Source of the DNA: Alphaproteobacteria bacterium
Lineage (GTDB): Bacteria > Pseudomonadota > Alphaproteobacteria > Bin95
DNA: 64,000 nt
Direction: 5' to 3'
NCBI GenBank assembly: GCA_965205265.1
Contig: CBDBGH010000003.1
Span: forward strand, 1,568,001 to 1,632,000
Part shown: piece by piece, positions 43,021 through 55,011 of the stretch
Numbering within the stretch: position 1 is the stretch's first letter
Layout: each line of letters begins with the position of its first letter
Program-made: the position numbers and the translations under genes
The notes under the pieces: generated by a model
The model's database searches: none
What the model was told of the DNA's origin: nothing
Seen by the model: only the letters and a program-made list of their open reading frames with translations

Positions 43021-43086
43021 GCTGCGATCCGGTCCATATGGACCGACCCGTCTGGCGACAACCGGCCGCCTGCCTCACCTCCCGTT

Positions 43087-43533
43087 CGTCGCCCCGGCCC
43101 TCGAGCCTACCGCATGCACACATCTCATGTCGGCCCGTGTGCGGTGCGTGTGCCGGCCTTGCTCTTTTCCCCTTGCTCGCTCCTTTCTTCTCCTCCCCCG
43201 CTTGCGGGGGAGCCGGGTGGGGGCCCTCCCGGCGAGCCTGCCCCGGACCCCGATCCGGGGGGCGTTTCCCGGGCTTCGCCCGCCGCTTCCGCAGGCGGAA
43301 GCGGCCCCTCACCCTGCCCTCTCCCAGAGGGAGAGGGTCTTCCGGTGCGCGTTTCCCTCCTCTCCGTCATGGGAACCGGGGCGACCCCCGCTTTCGCGAG
43401 GGCAGGCGGTTGGAGGACAGGCAATGCTATGCGACCGGGCGGAGATGTGTGCATGCGGTAGGCCCCCGAGCCGGGGCCTCGCGCCGCAGAGGCAACGCCC
43501 GCATGGAGGCCCCGGCTCGGGGGTGGGGCGGCG
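43087..43533. repeat. Second CGTC-tagged REP family doublet, left arm split by a MITE
   Basis: CGTCGCCCCG|GCCCTCGAGC|...|CGGGGCCTC left arm and GAGGCCCCGGCTCGGGGGTGGGGCGGCG right arm (43506-43533). A partial arm recurs at 52324-52342. Confidence 0.75.
43107..43461. mobile_element. 355-bp MITE-2 with IS50/Tn5-like TIRs and a 10-bp TSD
   Basis: Perfect TIR CTACCGCATGCACACATCTC (43107-43126) / GAGATGTGTGCATGCGGTAG (43442-43461). Flanks are GCCCTCGAGC and GCCCCCGAGC. Confidence 0.85.
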
Positions 43534-43591
43534 ATATGGGTCTGAAACAGCTTTTTTTCTCATTTTATCTTGAAATTAGAGCAGATTCGTT

Positions 43592-44199
43592 TCATTTGGG
43601 TTCATATCCGCATGCAGTGAAGAAGCTTCGGGCGTCCTGTGGAGTGACAGCATCGATGGCGTCGCGGATCGCATCCCAGAGCGTATGGACGGAGCGTGCT
43701 GCGGCCTTTTTCAGGAGAGCCTTGATTTTGGAGAAGGCCATCTCGATGGGGTTGAAGTCGGGGCTGTAGGGCGGCAGGAACAGGATGCCGGCGCCTGTGG
43801 CCTCGATAGCTTCTCGGATGGCGATGGGCTTGTGGGCCGGCAGATTGTCGAGGATGACGGTGTCGCCTGGCCTCAGGGTCGGGGCCAGGACCTGTTCGAC
43901 ATAGGCAAGGAAGGCTGCCCCGGTCATCGCCCCATCGATGGTCATGGGGGCGAGGATGCCGTCGAGCGTGAGGCCGGCGACCAAAGTGGTGGTCTTCCAG
44001 TGACCATGGGGGACGGGAGCGCGGCAACGCTCGCCCCTGGGAGCCCGGCCATACATGCGGGCCATCTTGGTCGAGGTCCCGCTTTCGTCGATGAAGATCA
44101 GGCGCTCGGGGTCGAGCCCGGGCTGGTCTTCGAACCAGGCCTGACGCCGGCGTGCGACGTCCGGTCGGTCCTGCTCGGCAGCGTGGGCCGTCTTTTTTT
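43592..44199 (-). pseudogene. IS630 transposase catalytic half (orfB), orphaned
   Basis: [22 protein letters not shown] and [12 protein letters not shown] motifs. A7 slippery site at 44193-44199. The HTH half is missing. Confidence 0.88.
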
Positions 44200-44407
44200 G
44201 CGCCGCAGGCCAGGAAGGCGATGGCTGCGGCGCGACAATCAGCTTGAGACGCTGGCGACAATCAGGATGAGACGGGGGAAGGCGGCGGCCCGGAACGGAG
44301 GGAGGGCGTAGCCCGACCGGAGTTCCGGGCCGCCGCCTCAAAAAATTTTTCCTGGACCTTCTGGCGGGGTCGGTCGGCTGGGCGAACGGTGACGTTTTTC
44401 CGAGTAG

Positions 44408-46755
<2,348 letters not shown>

Positions 46756-47016
46756 ACCGCTGCCGCCAGATCGGCCCAGCGGCCACAACACTCACGGCCC
46801 GCGGGAATCGCCTCCGCGGGCCGTCTCTTCTCCGACCCGACGGCCCCCCCGCGACAATCAAAACGCTCTCCGAAAACCTTGTTTGTCGCGCCGCGACAAT
46901 CAAAATCCGAAACCGCTTGCAATCCGCGCCCCGCGCGACAATCATCAACTCGCCGATGCCGCCGGGGAATCTCATCCTGATTGACGCGCGGCTCTCACCC
47001 AGATTGTCGCGCTATA

Positions 47017-48438
47017 GATGGCGATGTGAGCGCGGATCCGGTCCGGGTTCCAGTGCCAGATGGGACGTATCTTCAGGTCGTGTTTGGTGATCCGGAAGCT
47101 CTCCTCGACCTGCCAGAGCCCCTGGTAGTGAGCCATCACTTCGGTGACGCGCGCGTCGCGCAGATTGGTGATGACGCCGGTGAGCCCGTCCCATCGTGCG
47201 GCCTCGGCGATCTTCTCCGGGTTCACCGTGAGCCGTGCGTCGCCCTCGACGGCGATGAAGCGCTTCGCCCCGTGATTGGAGAGCAGTTCCCTGGGATTGT
47301 CGCTGCGGGCCAGCCTGTCGAGCAGGCGTTCCACCTGATGGCGGCGCTCGTGCGCGTCCTTGCGTGCGCGCTGGGGGCAGAAGACGACGATCAGGCGACG
47401 GCCCTTGTACTCCCACTCGCCGACCCGGCGGTCCTGTGAGCCCTCCAGCGGGGCATAGGTCCCGGGGTCGAGAACCTGCCCCAGCAGCGCGAGCGGCAGC
47501 TTGCGCAGCCGCGCGCCGACGACATACTCGCCGCCGATGGCGTCCATGGCGTCGAGGTTGTCGGCGCTCAGCATGCCCCGGTCGGCCACGCATACCGTGC
47601 GCTCCACCTGGTGGCGGCGCTGCATGTCCTGCAGGACCGGGACCATGCTGTGTCCCTCGTAGGTGGCGCCGGGGAAGACCTCGTAGCTGATCGGCAGCCC
47701 TTCGCGCGTCACCATCAGCGCCAGCAGAACCTGCGAGTCCTTGTGTTTGCCGTCCTTGCTGAAGCCGTGCTGGCGAAGCTCGTCCTCGGCGGCCGTCTCG
47801 AAGTAGAGCGTGGTGCAATCGAAGAAGAGGATCGCGACCGGCTCCGGCAGCAGCGACCGGCTCGCCTCGCCGACGCGCGTGCGCAGTCGCTCGATCACCG
47901 TCGCGTCGAGCTGATCCATCATCCGGTAGACCTTCTCGAGCGGAAGACTCACGCCGAAGTCCTCCTCGAGCCGGCGCACGCTGCCCCGCTTGCTGTCGGG
48001 GTTGGCTACCCGCGCCATCACCACATGGAACAGCGCGTCATGGGAGGCCCGGTAGCGCGAGCGCGGCAGCAGCGCGTCGAGGCCCAGCAGCCGGTAGATC
48101 TCGCCATAGACCTCGTGGATGCCTGTGATCAGGCGCTGCTCCTCTTCAAGCTGCTTGAGGTCGACCGGGAGTTCCTCCTTGCCGTCCCCCCGGCGGCCGA
48201 CACGGATCGCCTGCTCAGCGATCTTCTCGGGCGCAAACAATGCCGGCTGACGCTCGTCCTCCAGCTTCGCCTTGACGTACTCGCCGAGCTGCCTCAGGCG
48301 CTCGAGCTCGTCCTCGTCCATGGCCACGCCGACATGGCGGACGATGCGCTGTCGGACCTTGCCGCCGTCGCGCACGGCCTCGACGATCTGGACCGAGCGT
48401 CGCGGGCTGTTGGGGGAGGTCTTGATGCGCACGAACAT
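47017..48438 (-). pseudogene. IS1634-family transposase, truncated by IS21
   Basis: FFDCTTLYF, GFSKDGK, VADRGM and YQGLWQVEESFRITK motifs. The frame runs into the IS21 end after RIRAHIAI. Confidence 0.88.
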
Positions 48439-48949
48439 GGGGGGAGTGTAGCGCGTGGCGGAGGCATTGACAGTCTCAAAGATTTACTAGGCACTACAAC
48501 GCAGCTTGACCGCACCGCAACTGCCAACTCATTGGCTTTACTGAAAACTCCAGACGCGAGATCGGTCAGAAGTCAGCCCAACCGTCGAAGTCAGGAAAGA
48601 GACTGCGCCATGCGAGCTGGCCTCCTTCACCAGCCCCCATCGTGAATCACATAATCCGCCAATTGGGAATCCCTCAACGATTCAATCGCCCGCGAATTCG
48701 CTCTAGCTCTATTGTTCTCTATATACCCCAAATCCATACCGGTCGGCAAGCGAGAGAAGCGATGACCTGAATGCGGCCCGGGGCGCGCGCCAGCGCCCGA
48801 CGGGCACTCCACACCGACCCGGAGGGCGGAGGCGGCGGCCGCCCAACGGGACAAGTGCGCCCGGCGCAAGGCGCGGTCGGGCCGGAACGGCGCCGGGAAG
48901 TCGAAAACACCTGAAACGGCAGCCGCACTCGATATCGACCGGAGGAGGA

Positions 48950-49384
48950 ATGACGAACATGGCGGCAAGCGGGCTCGGAGGGGCGCGGAAGGGCAAGGCG
49001 GTCAGCGAGGACCTGCGGCGCCGGGCGGTCGCGGCGGTGCTGGACGACGGGATGGGCGTCCGCGCCGCGGCGCGGAAGTTCGATGTCGCCGCGGCCAGCG
49101 TCCATCGGTGGCTCGGGCGCTTCCGGGCGCGCGGCGATGTCCGGGCGGACCCGCCCGGCGGCCGCCCGCCGCTCATCGCCCCGGAGCGCGCGCGGGTCCT
49201 CCGCCTGCTGGAAAAACACCCGGAGATCGGCGACCGGGGCCTCCGGGCCGCGCTGGCTGCCGAAGGCGTCGCCGTCGGCCTCTCCACGGTGAAGCGCTTC
49301 CTGAAACTCAACGGCCTGCAACGCAAGCAACGCCGCGCGCGGCGGCGGATACCGCAAGGAGCCAATTCTCAAACGGCCTCTTAG
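48950..49384 (+). CDS. Stand-alone IS630 orfA-like helix-turn-helix protein
   Basis: SEDLRRRAVAAV..G...RAAARKF.V...SV.RW...F pattern and a strong GGAGGAGG RBS (start may be 48959). No DDE frame follows. Confidence 0.7.
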   Translation: MTNMAASGLGGARKGKAVSEDLRRRAVAAVLDDGMGVRAAARKFDVAAASVHRWLGRFRARGDVRADPPGGRPPLIAPERARVLRLLEKHPEIGDRGLRAALAAEGVAVGLSTVKRFLKLNGLQRKQRRARRRIPQGANSQTAS

Positions 49385-49422
49385 AAAGAAACCTGCGTTC
49401 CGCCAATCTTCGGCATGCACTC

Positions 49423-49943
49423 CTATTCCGACCAAATAAATTCCCTAGACCCGACCTCTTCGAGGACACAATCCCTACTCAGGTTCTGAATATACACAAT
49501 AAGATTGTTGCAATCGTAGCGCGCCGAAGGAACGATCAGGACGTCGTATCCCAGATAATTCAAGCCATCCGAAATTTCCTGAGTGCGCAAATAATTCCAG
49601 CTTGGATAGTCCGTTTGTCTCACGTCGAGTTGTCCTAATTCCTCGAAACTCAATTCCACAACACGCCGGAACCGAACCCGCAACTTCCAGTTCAACGCCT
49701 GCCTGTCGGGTCTTTGCTCGAACAGCGACCAGAATGCTTCGAACTCCGCGCCCGCTCCTTCTGCTGCCAACGATGTATTCAAAATCTCGAATTGGCCTTC
49801 CGGATATTCCAACGTCCTCGGGCGCTGCTACTGCCATGGACCGGGCTTCCATCGGCCCATACGACCCTGTTCGCAATTCCATCGAATCGTCCTTGACGAC
49901 GACCCTCAAGATACTCCAACAGCTCCGGGTCCCGTTCCAGCAT
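49423..49943 (-). pseudogene. RES-domain toxin with a 1-nt frameshift
   Basis: ATG 49943 frame gives MLERDPELL...RVV...GRWN. The next frame gives YPEGQFEILNTSL..AE...IVPSARY..NL. Span of 521 nt is one base short of a whole number of codons. Confidence 0.82.
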
Positions 49944-49961
49944 CGGCGGCCGGCCCCGAAC

Positions 49962-50321
49962 CTACGTATATGTAGGCGCGGTCATCGTCTGGATCGCCTC
50001 CAGGACCTCTTCGATTCGTCCCTCCCGGATCAAATCGGCGGGCCGGAGGCCGTCGAAATATTTATGTCTCGAATACAACCATGCCCGTGCGGTCGTCGGC
50101 TCGGTGTAGAATTCCGAAAGCCGCTCCACGATGTATTCGAGATCGACAAGCAGACTCTCCTTGCCCGGTCTCGGCCAGGCGCGCCCCTGGTTCCATCTGG
50201 ATACCGTCTCAGGCGTGGTCCCCAGCATGTTCGCCACATCGACCGCCCTGATGGCGGCCCGCTGTTTCAAAAGCTCCAGCTTTTCCGCCACGGCGTTCTT
50301 TTCCGCTATCGCACTCGACAT
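49962..50321 (-). CDS. Xre/MbcA/ParS-type antitoxin
   Basis: N-terminal HTH (DVANMLGTTPETVSRW) and C-terminal ARAWL.......G.RP.DLI motif. Upstream of the RES gene. Confidence 0.87.
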   Translation of the reverse strand: MSSAIAEKNAVAEKLELLKQRAAIRAVDVANMLGTTPETVSRWNQGRAWPRPGKESLLVDLEYIVERLSEFYTEPTTARAWLYSRHKYFDGLRPADLIREGRIEEVLEAIQTMTAPTYT

Positions 50322-50772
50322 GCCCCGCCTCCCATGCTCCGGCGCATCCCGCAGAAAGACACGCCATAGATGAAATCATAGACAAAAATATTGATGTTGT
50401 TAATGACATTCATGGATCGAGCCACTTTTTGAGCGATGGCGCGAGTTCGAACACTCTCGGTTCGCGTGAGACACTCCAGAGGCGGGACAGCCGCCATTCC
50501 TCGCGCTTTGCCTTTGCCGCCATTTCGTCGCGCGAGATGCGGCCGGGCGTGCGCTCCCAGCCGTTCGCAGTCTTCGCCTGCGCCAGCCGGAGACTGCCCT
50601 ATTCCGCCGGGGCGGGCGGAGGGGGCGGAATCGTCACTCGCGCTCGCTCCTGCCGCCGTCCTGTTTCATTTTCCTCAATAACGGCGCCCGCCTTTAATAT
50701 TTTGCGCCGAAGTCTTAATTGCACCGGGCGGGTCGCCGGGTCGAGGCCACGCCGGCGCCGCTCGAATCCGCC

Positions 50773-51663
50773 CTACCCCGCGCCCGCCCGCTCCGCCAGT
50801 GCGAGGACGTGCCGGGCGGCCTTGAGGTGGGGCATGTCGAGCATTTTGCCGTCCAGCCCGACGGTCCCTGCCCCGCCGGCGTTCTCCATCGCCTCGACGA
50901 CGCGGCGGGCGTGGGCGATCTCGTCTGCGGTGGGCGCGTAGGCGCTGTTGATGGGATCGACCTGTGCCGGGTGGATGGCCACCTTGCCGGTGAAGCCCGT
51001 CCTGCGGCCCTGCAGCGCCTCGGCGTGCAGGCCGTCGAGGTCGCGGAAATCGGGATAGACCGAGTCGACCGGCTCCGTGCCCGCCGCCTTGCACGCCGCC
51101 AGGCAGAGCGCGCGGGCCAGTCGGTACACATCCTCATACCGGCCGTCCGGCGCGCGGTTGGTCGAGGCGCCGAGCGCGGCCGAGAGGTCTTCCGCGCCCC
51201 AGGTCATGCCGTAAATGCGCGGACTTGCATCGACGAAACTGTCCATGGTGAACAGCGAGCGCGCGGTTTCGGTGGCGACAACCAGGATTTGCGTCGAACC
51301 CGGCTCCACCTCCTCGCGCGTCTCCAGCGCGGAGAGGTAGTTGTCGAGCCTGACCGCCTCGGCGGCGGAGAAGGTCTTGGGCAGCACGATGCCGTCCGGC
51401 GCGCCGGCCATCACGGCTGCGAGGTCCGGCAGCGCGAGGTCCGTGTCGAGTGGGTTGATCCTGACCCATAGCTGCTGGGCGCGGTCGTCCCGGCTGGCTT
51501 CGAGCCGTTCCCGCACCATTTGCCGCGCGAGAGACAGGTTGGCCTGCGCCACCGAGTCCTCAAGGTCGAGGATCAGGGCGTCCGCCGGCACGCCGCGCGC
51601 CTTCTCGAACTTGCGCGCGCTGTCGCCCGGCACGAACAGGAAGCATCTGAGTGCTGCGCTCAT
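50773..51663 (-). CDS. CitE/HpcH-family CoA-ester lyase
   Basis: LFVPGD, LDLEDSV, VRIN, GAEDL and AIHPAQ motifs. Confidence 0.9.
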   Translation of the reverse strand: MSAALRCFLFVPGDSARKFEKARGVPADALILDLEDSVAQANLSLARQMVRERLEASRDDRAQQLWVRINPLDTDLALPDLAAVMAGAPDGIVLPKTFSAAEAVRLDNYLSALETREEVEPGSTQILVVATETARSLFTMDSFVDASPRIYGMTWGAEDLSAALGASTNRAPDGRYEDVYRLARALCLAACKAAGTEPVDSVYPDFRDLDGLHAEALQGRRTGFTGKVAIHPAQVDPINSAYAPTADEIAHARRVVEAMENAGGAGTVGLDGKMLDMPHLKAARHVLALAERAGAG

Positions 51664-52115
51664 GACGGGCGCTTCTTCATCATGCCCTGGCGCTTGCAAC
51701 GGGCGACCTCTTCGCCGCGCTGGTTCAAGGCCCAGTGCTCGAAGGTGACGATGCCGACCTCGGGCCGGGACCGGCTTTCGCGCTTCTCCAGCACCTTCGT
51801 GAAGGAGGTGATCGTGTCGCCGTGGAACACGGGGCTGCGGAAGACGCAGTCGGTCATGCCGAGATTGCCGACCGTGGTGCCGAGCGTGGTCTCCTCCACC
51901 GACACGCCGATCATCAGGCCCAGCGTGAAGATCGAGTTGACAATCCGTTGTCCGAACTGGGAATTCTCCCTGGCGAATTCCTCATCCAGATGCAGCGGCT
52001 GCGGGTTGTGGGTCAGCGCCGTGAACAGGATGTTGTCCATCTCCGTCACCGTGCGGGTGATCGGGTGCTTCCACTCCCTCCCGACTTCGAATTCCTCATA
52101 CCAAAGGCCGGCCAT
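51660..52115 (-). CDS. MaoC-family dehydratase
   Basis: RTVTEMDN..F...T.N.QPLHLD and PVFHGDT motifs. Confidence 0.9.
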   Translation of the reverse strand: MAGLWYEEFEVGREWKHPITRTVTEMDNILFTALTHNPQPLHLDEEFARENSQFGQRIVNSIFTLGLMIGVSVEETTLGTTVGNLGMTDCVFRSPVFHGDTITSFTKVLEKRESRSRPEVGIVTFEHWALNQRGEEVARCKRQGMMKKRPS

Positions 52116-52191
52116 CGCCGCGTTCCTTTCCTGTCGTGCCTGTCTCAACCGGCGCCCCGGCTCTTCCCCGTCATGCCCGAACGCCCCTCTC

Positions 52192-52277
52192 CGTCATGCC
52201 CGGACTTGTTCCGGGCATCCATTTCCGCCGCCGCGACGATCCCGAGGGAGATGCCCGGAACAAGTCCGGGCATGACG
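52192..52277. repeat. CGTC-tagged REP-like palindrome doublet (intact)
   Basis: Same 28-bp arms as 41716-41803, preceded by CGTCATGCCCGAACGCCCC and followed by ATATGAGGGCATGA. Confidence 0.92.
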
Positions 52278-52384
52278 ATATGAGGGCATGATCGGGAGCA
52301 TTGCTGTCCGATTGACGCGCCTCCTCGGGGGCCGGGGCGACGATTTCCGCGGAAAGGGCCGGGACACCGGCGGGCTTCTCCGCC

Positions 52385-53086
52385 TCAGCGCTTTTGGTAT
52401 TGCGTCGCGCCGAACATGATCTCGCGTTCCTCGTCGGTCATCGCGCCCTGCCGGCGGCGGTCGGCCAGCACGGCGCAGCCGCGCGCAGTCGCCGGGCGGG
52501 CCTCGATCTCCCTGAACCAGCGCGCGAGATTGGGATGCGCCTCGAGGTTCTGGCCCTGGTTCTCCCAGCTGCGCAGCCACGGATATGTCGCCATGTCGGC
52601 GATCGAATAGTCGGCCCCGCCGAGCCACTCGCTCTCGGCCAGCCGGCCGTCGAGCACGTTGTAGAGCCGCGTTCCCTCATTGACATAGCGGTTTATGGCG
52701 TAGGGGATCTTCTCGACCGCATAGTTCCGGAAATGGTTTATCTGGCCCAGCATCGGGCCCACATGGCCCATCTGGGTCATCAGCCATTGCAGGGTGCGGT
52801 AGCGTTCGGCGGGGTCGGTCGAGAGGAACCGGCCGGCCTTCTCCGCCAGATAGATCAGCATCGCGCCGGACTCCGCCAGCGCGAAGGGCTTGCCGCCCGG
52901 CCCTTCCGGATCGACCATGGCGGGCATCTTGTTGTTCGGGCTGATATTCAGGAAATCGGGCGCGAACTGCTCGCCCCTGCCGATATTGACCGGGATGACA
53001 CTATATTCGAGGCCCGTTTCCTCCAGCATGATGTGGACCTTGTGGCCGTTCGGCGTCGGCCAGGTGTAGAGGTCGATGGCGGACAT
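52385..53086 (-). CDS. Glutathione S-transferase (YfcG/Ure2-like)
   Basis: TPNGHK, SPNNKMP, ESGA and YSIADMA motifs. Confidence 0.92.
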   Translation of the reverse strand: MSAIDLYTWPTPNGHKVHIMLEETGLEYSVIPVNIGRGEQFAPDFLNISPNNKMPAMVDPEGPGGKPFALAESGAMLIYLAEKAGRFLSTDPAERYRTLQWLMTQMGHVGPMLGQINHFRNYAVEKIPYAINRYVNEGTRLYNVLDGRLAESEWLGGADYSIADMATYPWLRSWENQGQNLEAHPNLARWFREIEARPATARGCAVLADRRRQGAMTDEEREIMFGATQYQKR

Positions 53087-53248
53087 GGGCGCGCTCCTCG
53101 ACTGGTCTTGGGGATGCGCCATTCTAACCCATCGCCGAGAGGCTGCCGGCCCCTGCGACATCGGCGCGTGCGGGCTTCGCAGGGCTTGTCCCGCCCTGCT
53201 TTCCTGCCTAATCATGCCGCTCTCCACACTATGGCGGAGAGGGATGGA

Positions 53249-53953
53249 ATGGACGCCGGGATTCGCGAGGCGCTGGCCGGCTGCTCGACAGCCACGATCA
53301 CGATGCAATTGCTCAAGCGCGGCCTGCGCGCAACGGCGATGCGCGGCGTGGCGCCGCTTGCTCCCGGACAGGGGCGCGTCGTCGGCGAGGCCTATACGGT
53401 GCGCTTCATCCCCATGCGCGAGGACCTGTCCGATCCCGCAATCCTGAGCGCCAGGGAAAATCCGCAGCGCCGCGCCATCGACGAATGCCCGGAAGGCGCG
53501 GTGCTCGTCATCGACGGGCTCGGAAACGGCCATGTCGGCACGCTCGGCGACATTCTGGCCGAGCGCCTCCGGGTGCGCGGCGTCGCCGGCTGCGTGACGG
53601 ACAGTGCGGTCAGGGACGCCGAGGCCGTCATCGCGACCGGCCTGCCCGTCTGGAGCAACGGCAGGGCCGCCCCGCCCAATATCGCGGGCCTCGCCATGGG
53701 CGATCTCCAGACCCCCATCGGCTGCGGCGGCGTGGCGGTAATCCCCGGCGATGTCGTGGTCTGCGACGGCGACGGGGTCGTGGTGATACCGAGCGCGATG
53801 GCGGAAAGCGTCGCGGCCGACGGCGTGGAGCAGGAGCGGCTGGAGAGCTTCGTCCAGGAACGTATCCGTGCCGGCCATCCCGTCGCCGGCACATACCCGC
53901 CGGATGAAGAAGCGCTGGCGGCCTACGAGGCCTGGAAACGGTCCCGAAGCTGA
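53249..53953 (+). CDS. RraA/HMG-aldolase family protein
   Basis: RFIP.REDL, GDIL, RD and PGDVVV.DGDGVVVIP motifs. Confidence 0.85.
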   Translation: MDAGIREALAGCSTATITMQLLKRGLRATAMRGVAPLAPGQGRVVGEAYTVRFIPMREDLSDPAILSARENPQRRAIDECPEGAVLVIDGLGNGHVGTLGDILAERLRVRGVAGCVTDSAVRDAEAVIATGLPVWSNGRAAPPNIAGLAMGDLQTPIGCGGVAVIPGDVVVCDGDGVVVIPSAMAESVAADGVEQERLESFVQERIRAGHPVAGTYPPDEEALAAYEAWKRSRS

Positions 53954-53988
53954 CCGGCGGCCCCACGAAAGCAGACAGGAGGCCGTTC

Positions 53989-55011
53989 ATGGCCCTCAAG
54001 ATCGACGCGCAATTACGCGGTTTCGACCTCTGCCAGGTTCCCGCGCAGGCGCAGCGCCTGGAGGAGCTCGGCTTCGACGCCGCCTGGACCTTCGAGGCGG
54101 CGCAGGACCCGTTCCTGCCGCTCGCGGTCGCGGCCACGGCCACCGAGAAGCTCGAACTCGGCACCAATATCGCCGTTGCCTTCGCGCGCAGCCCCTTCTC
54201 GATGGCCGGCACCGCCTGGGACATCCAGCGCGCGTCGCGCGGGCGGCTGCATCTCGGCCTCGGCACGCAGGTGCGCGCCCATGTGGAGCGGCGCTTCTCC
54301 ATGCCGTTCGACCGGCCGGCGGCGCGCGTTACCGACTATATCCGCTGCATGCGCGCGATCTTCGACACCTTCCAGACGGATGCGCGGCCGAACTATGAAG
54401 GCCCCTTCTACCAATTCCGGCTGATGAACCCGTTCTTCAATCCGGGCCCCATCGACCATCCGCATATCCCGATCTACCTCGCCGGCGTCAACCCGCGCAT
54501 GTGCCGGGCGGCGGGCGAAGCGGCGGACGGCTTCCATATCCATCCCATGCACTCGGTCTCCTATCTCAACGAAGTCGTCAAACCGGCCATCGACGAAGGC
54601 GCGAAGACCCGCGGGCTCGGCGTGGACGACCTCGACCTGCAAACGATGGTCTGGCTGGTTACCGGGGACAGCCAGGCGGAGATGGACGCGGCCTTCGAGC
54701 AGGTCCGGCGCGACATCTCTTTCTACGGCTCGACTCCCAACTACCGGCGCATGCTGGAGCATCACGGCCTCGCCGATCTCGGCAAGACGCTGAGCGGGCT
54801 GGTGCGCCAGGGCGCCTTCGACGAAATGGCGGCGCTGGTGCCCGACAGCCTGGTCGAGGACATCGCCATTATCGGCAAGCCGGGCGAGCTCGGCGACAGG
54901 CTCCGCAGCCGGTATGACGGCCTTGTGGACCGCGTGGCGCCCTACCGCCCGATTCCGGAAACCGACCAGGCCGAGCGCTGGCAGGCCTTTACATCTGCAG
55001 TTCGCGGCTGA
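53989..55011 (+). CDS. LLM-class (possibly F420-dependent) oxidoreductase
   Basis: DPFLPL, IAVAFARSP and LGLGTQVRAH..RRF motifs. Confidence 0.88.
   Translation: MALKIDAQLRGFDLCQVPAQAQRLEELGFDAAWTFEAAQDPFLPLAVAATATEKLELGTNIAVAFARSPFSMAGTAWDIQRASRGRLHLGLGTQVRAHVERRFSMPFDRPAARVTDYIRCMRAIFDTFQTDARPNYEGPFYQFRLMNPFFNPGPIDHPHIPIYLAGVNPRMCRAAGEAADGFHIHPMHSVSYLNEVVKPAIDEGAKTRGLGVDDLDLQTMVWLVTGDSQAEMDAAFEQVRRDISFYGSTPNYRRMLEHHGLADLGKTLSGLVRQGAFDEMAALVPDSLVEDIAIIGKPGELGDRLRSRYDGLVDRVAPYRPIPETDQAERWQAFTSAVRG

Noticed and set aside
43592-44341. 249-aa ORF as a complete IS630 transposase
   Set aside because: Its first ~47 codons are IS21 end and IS1634 remnant sequence read through by chance. Only the DDE half is genuine.
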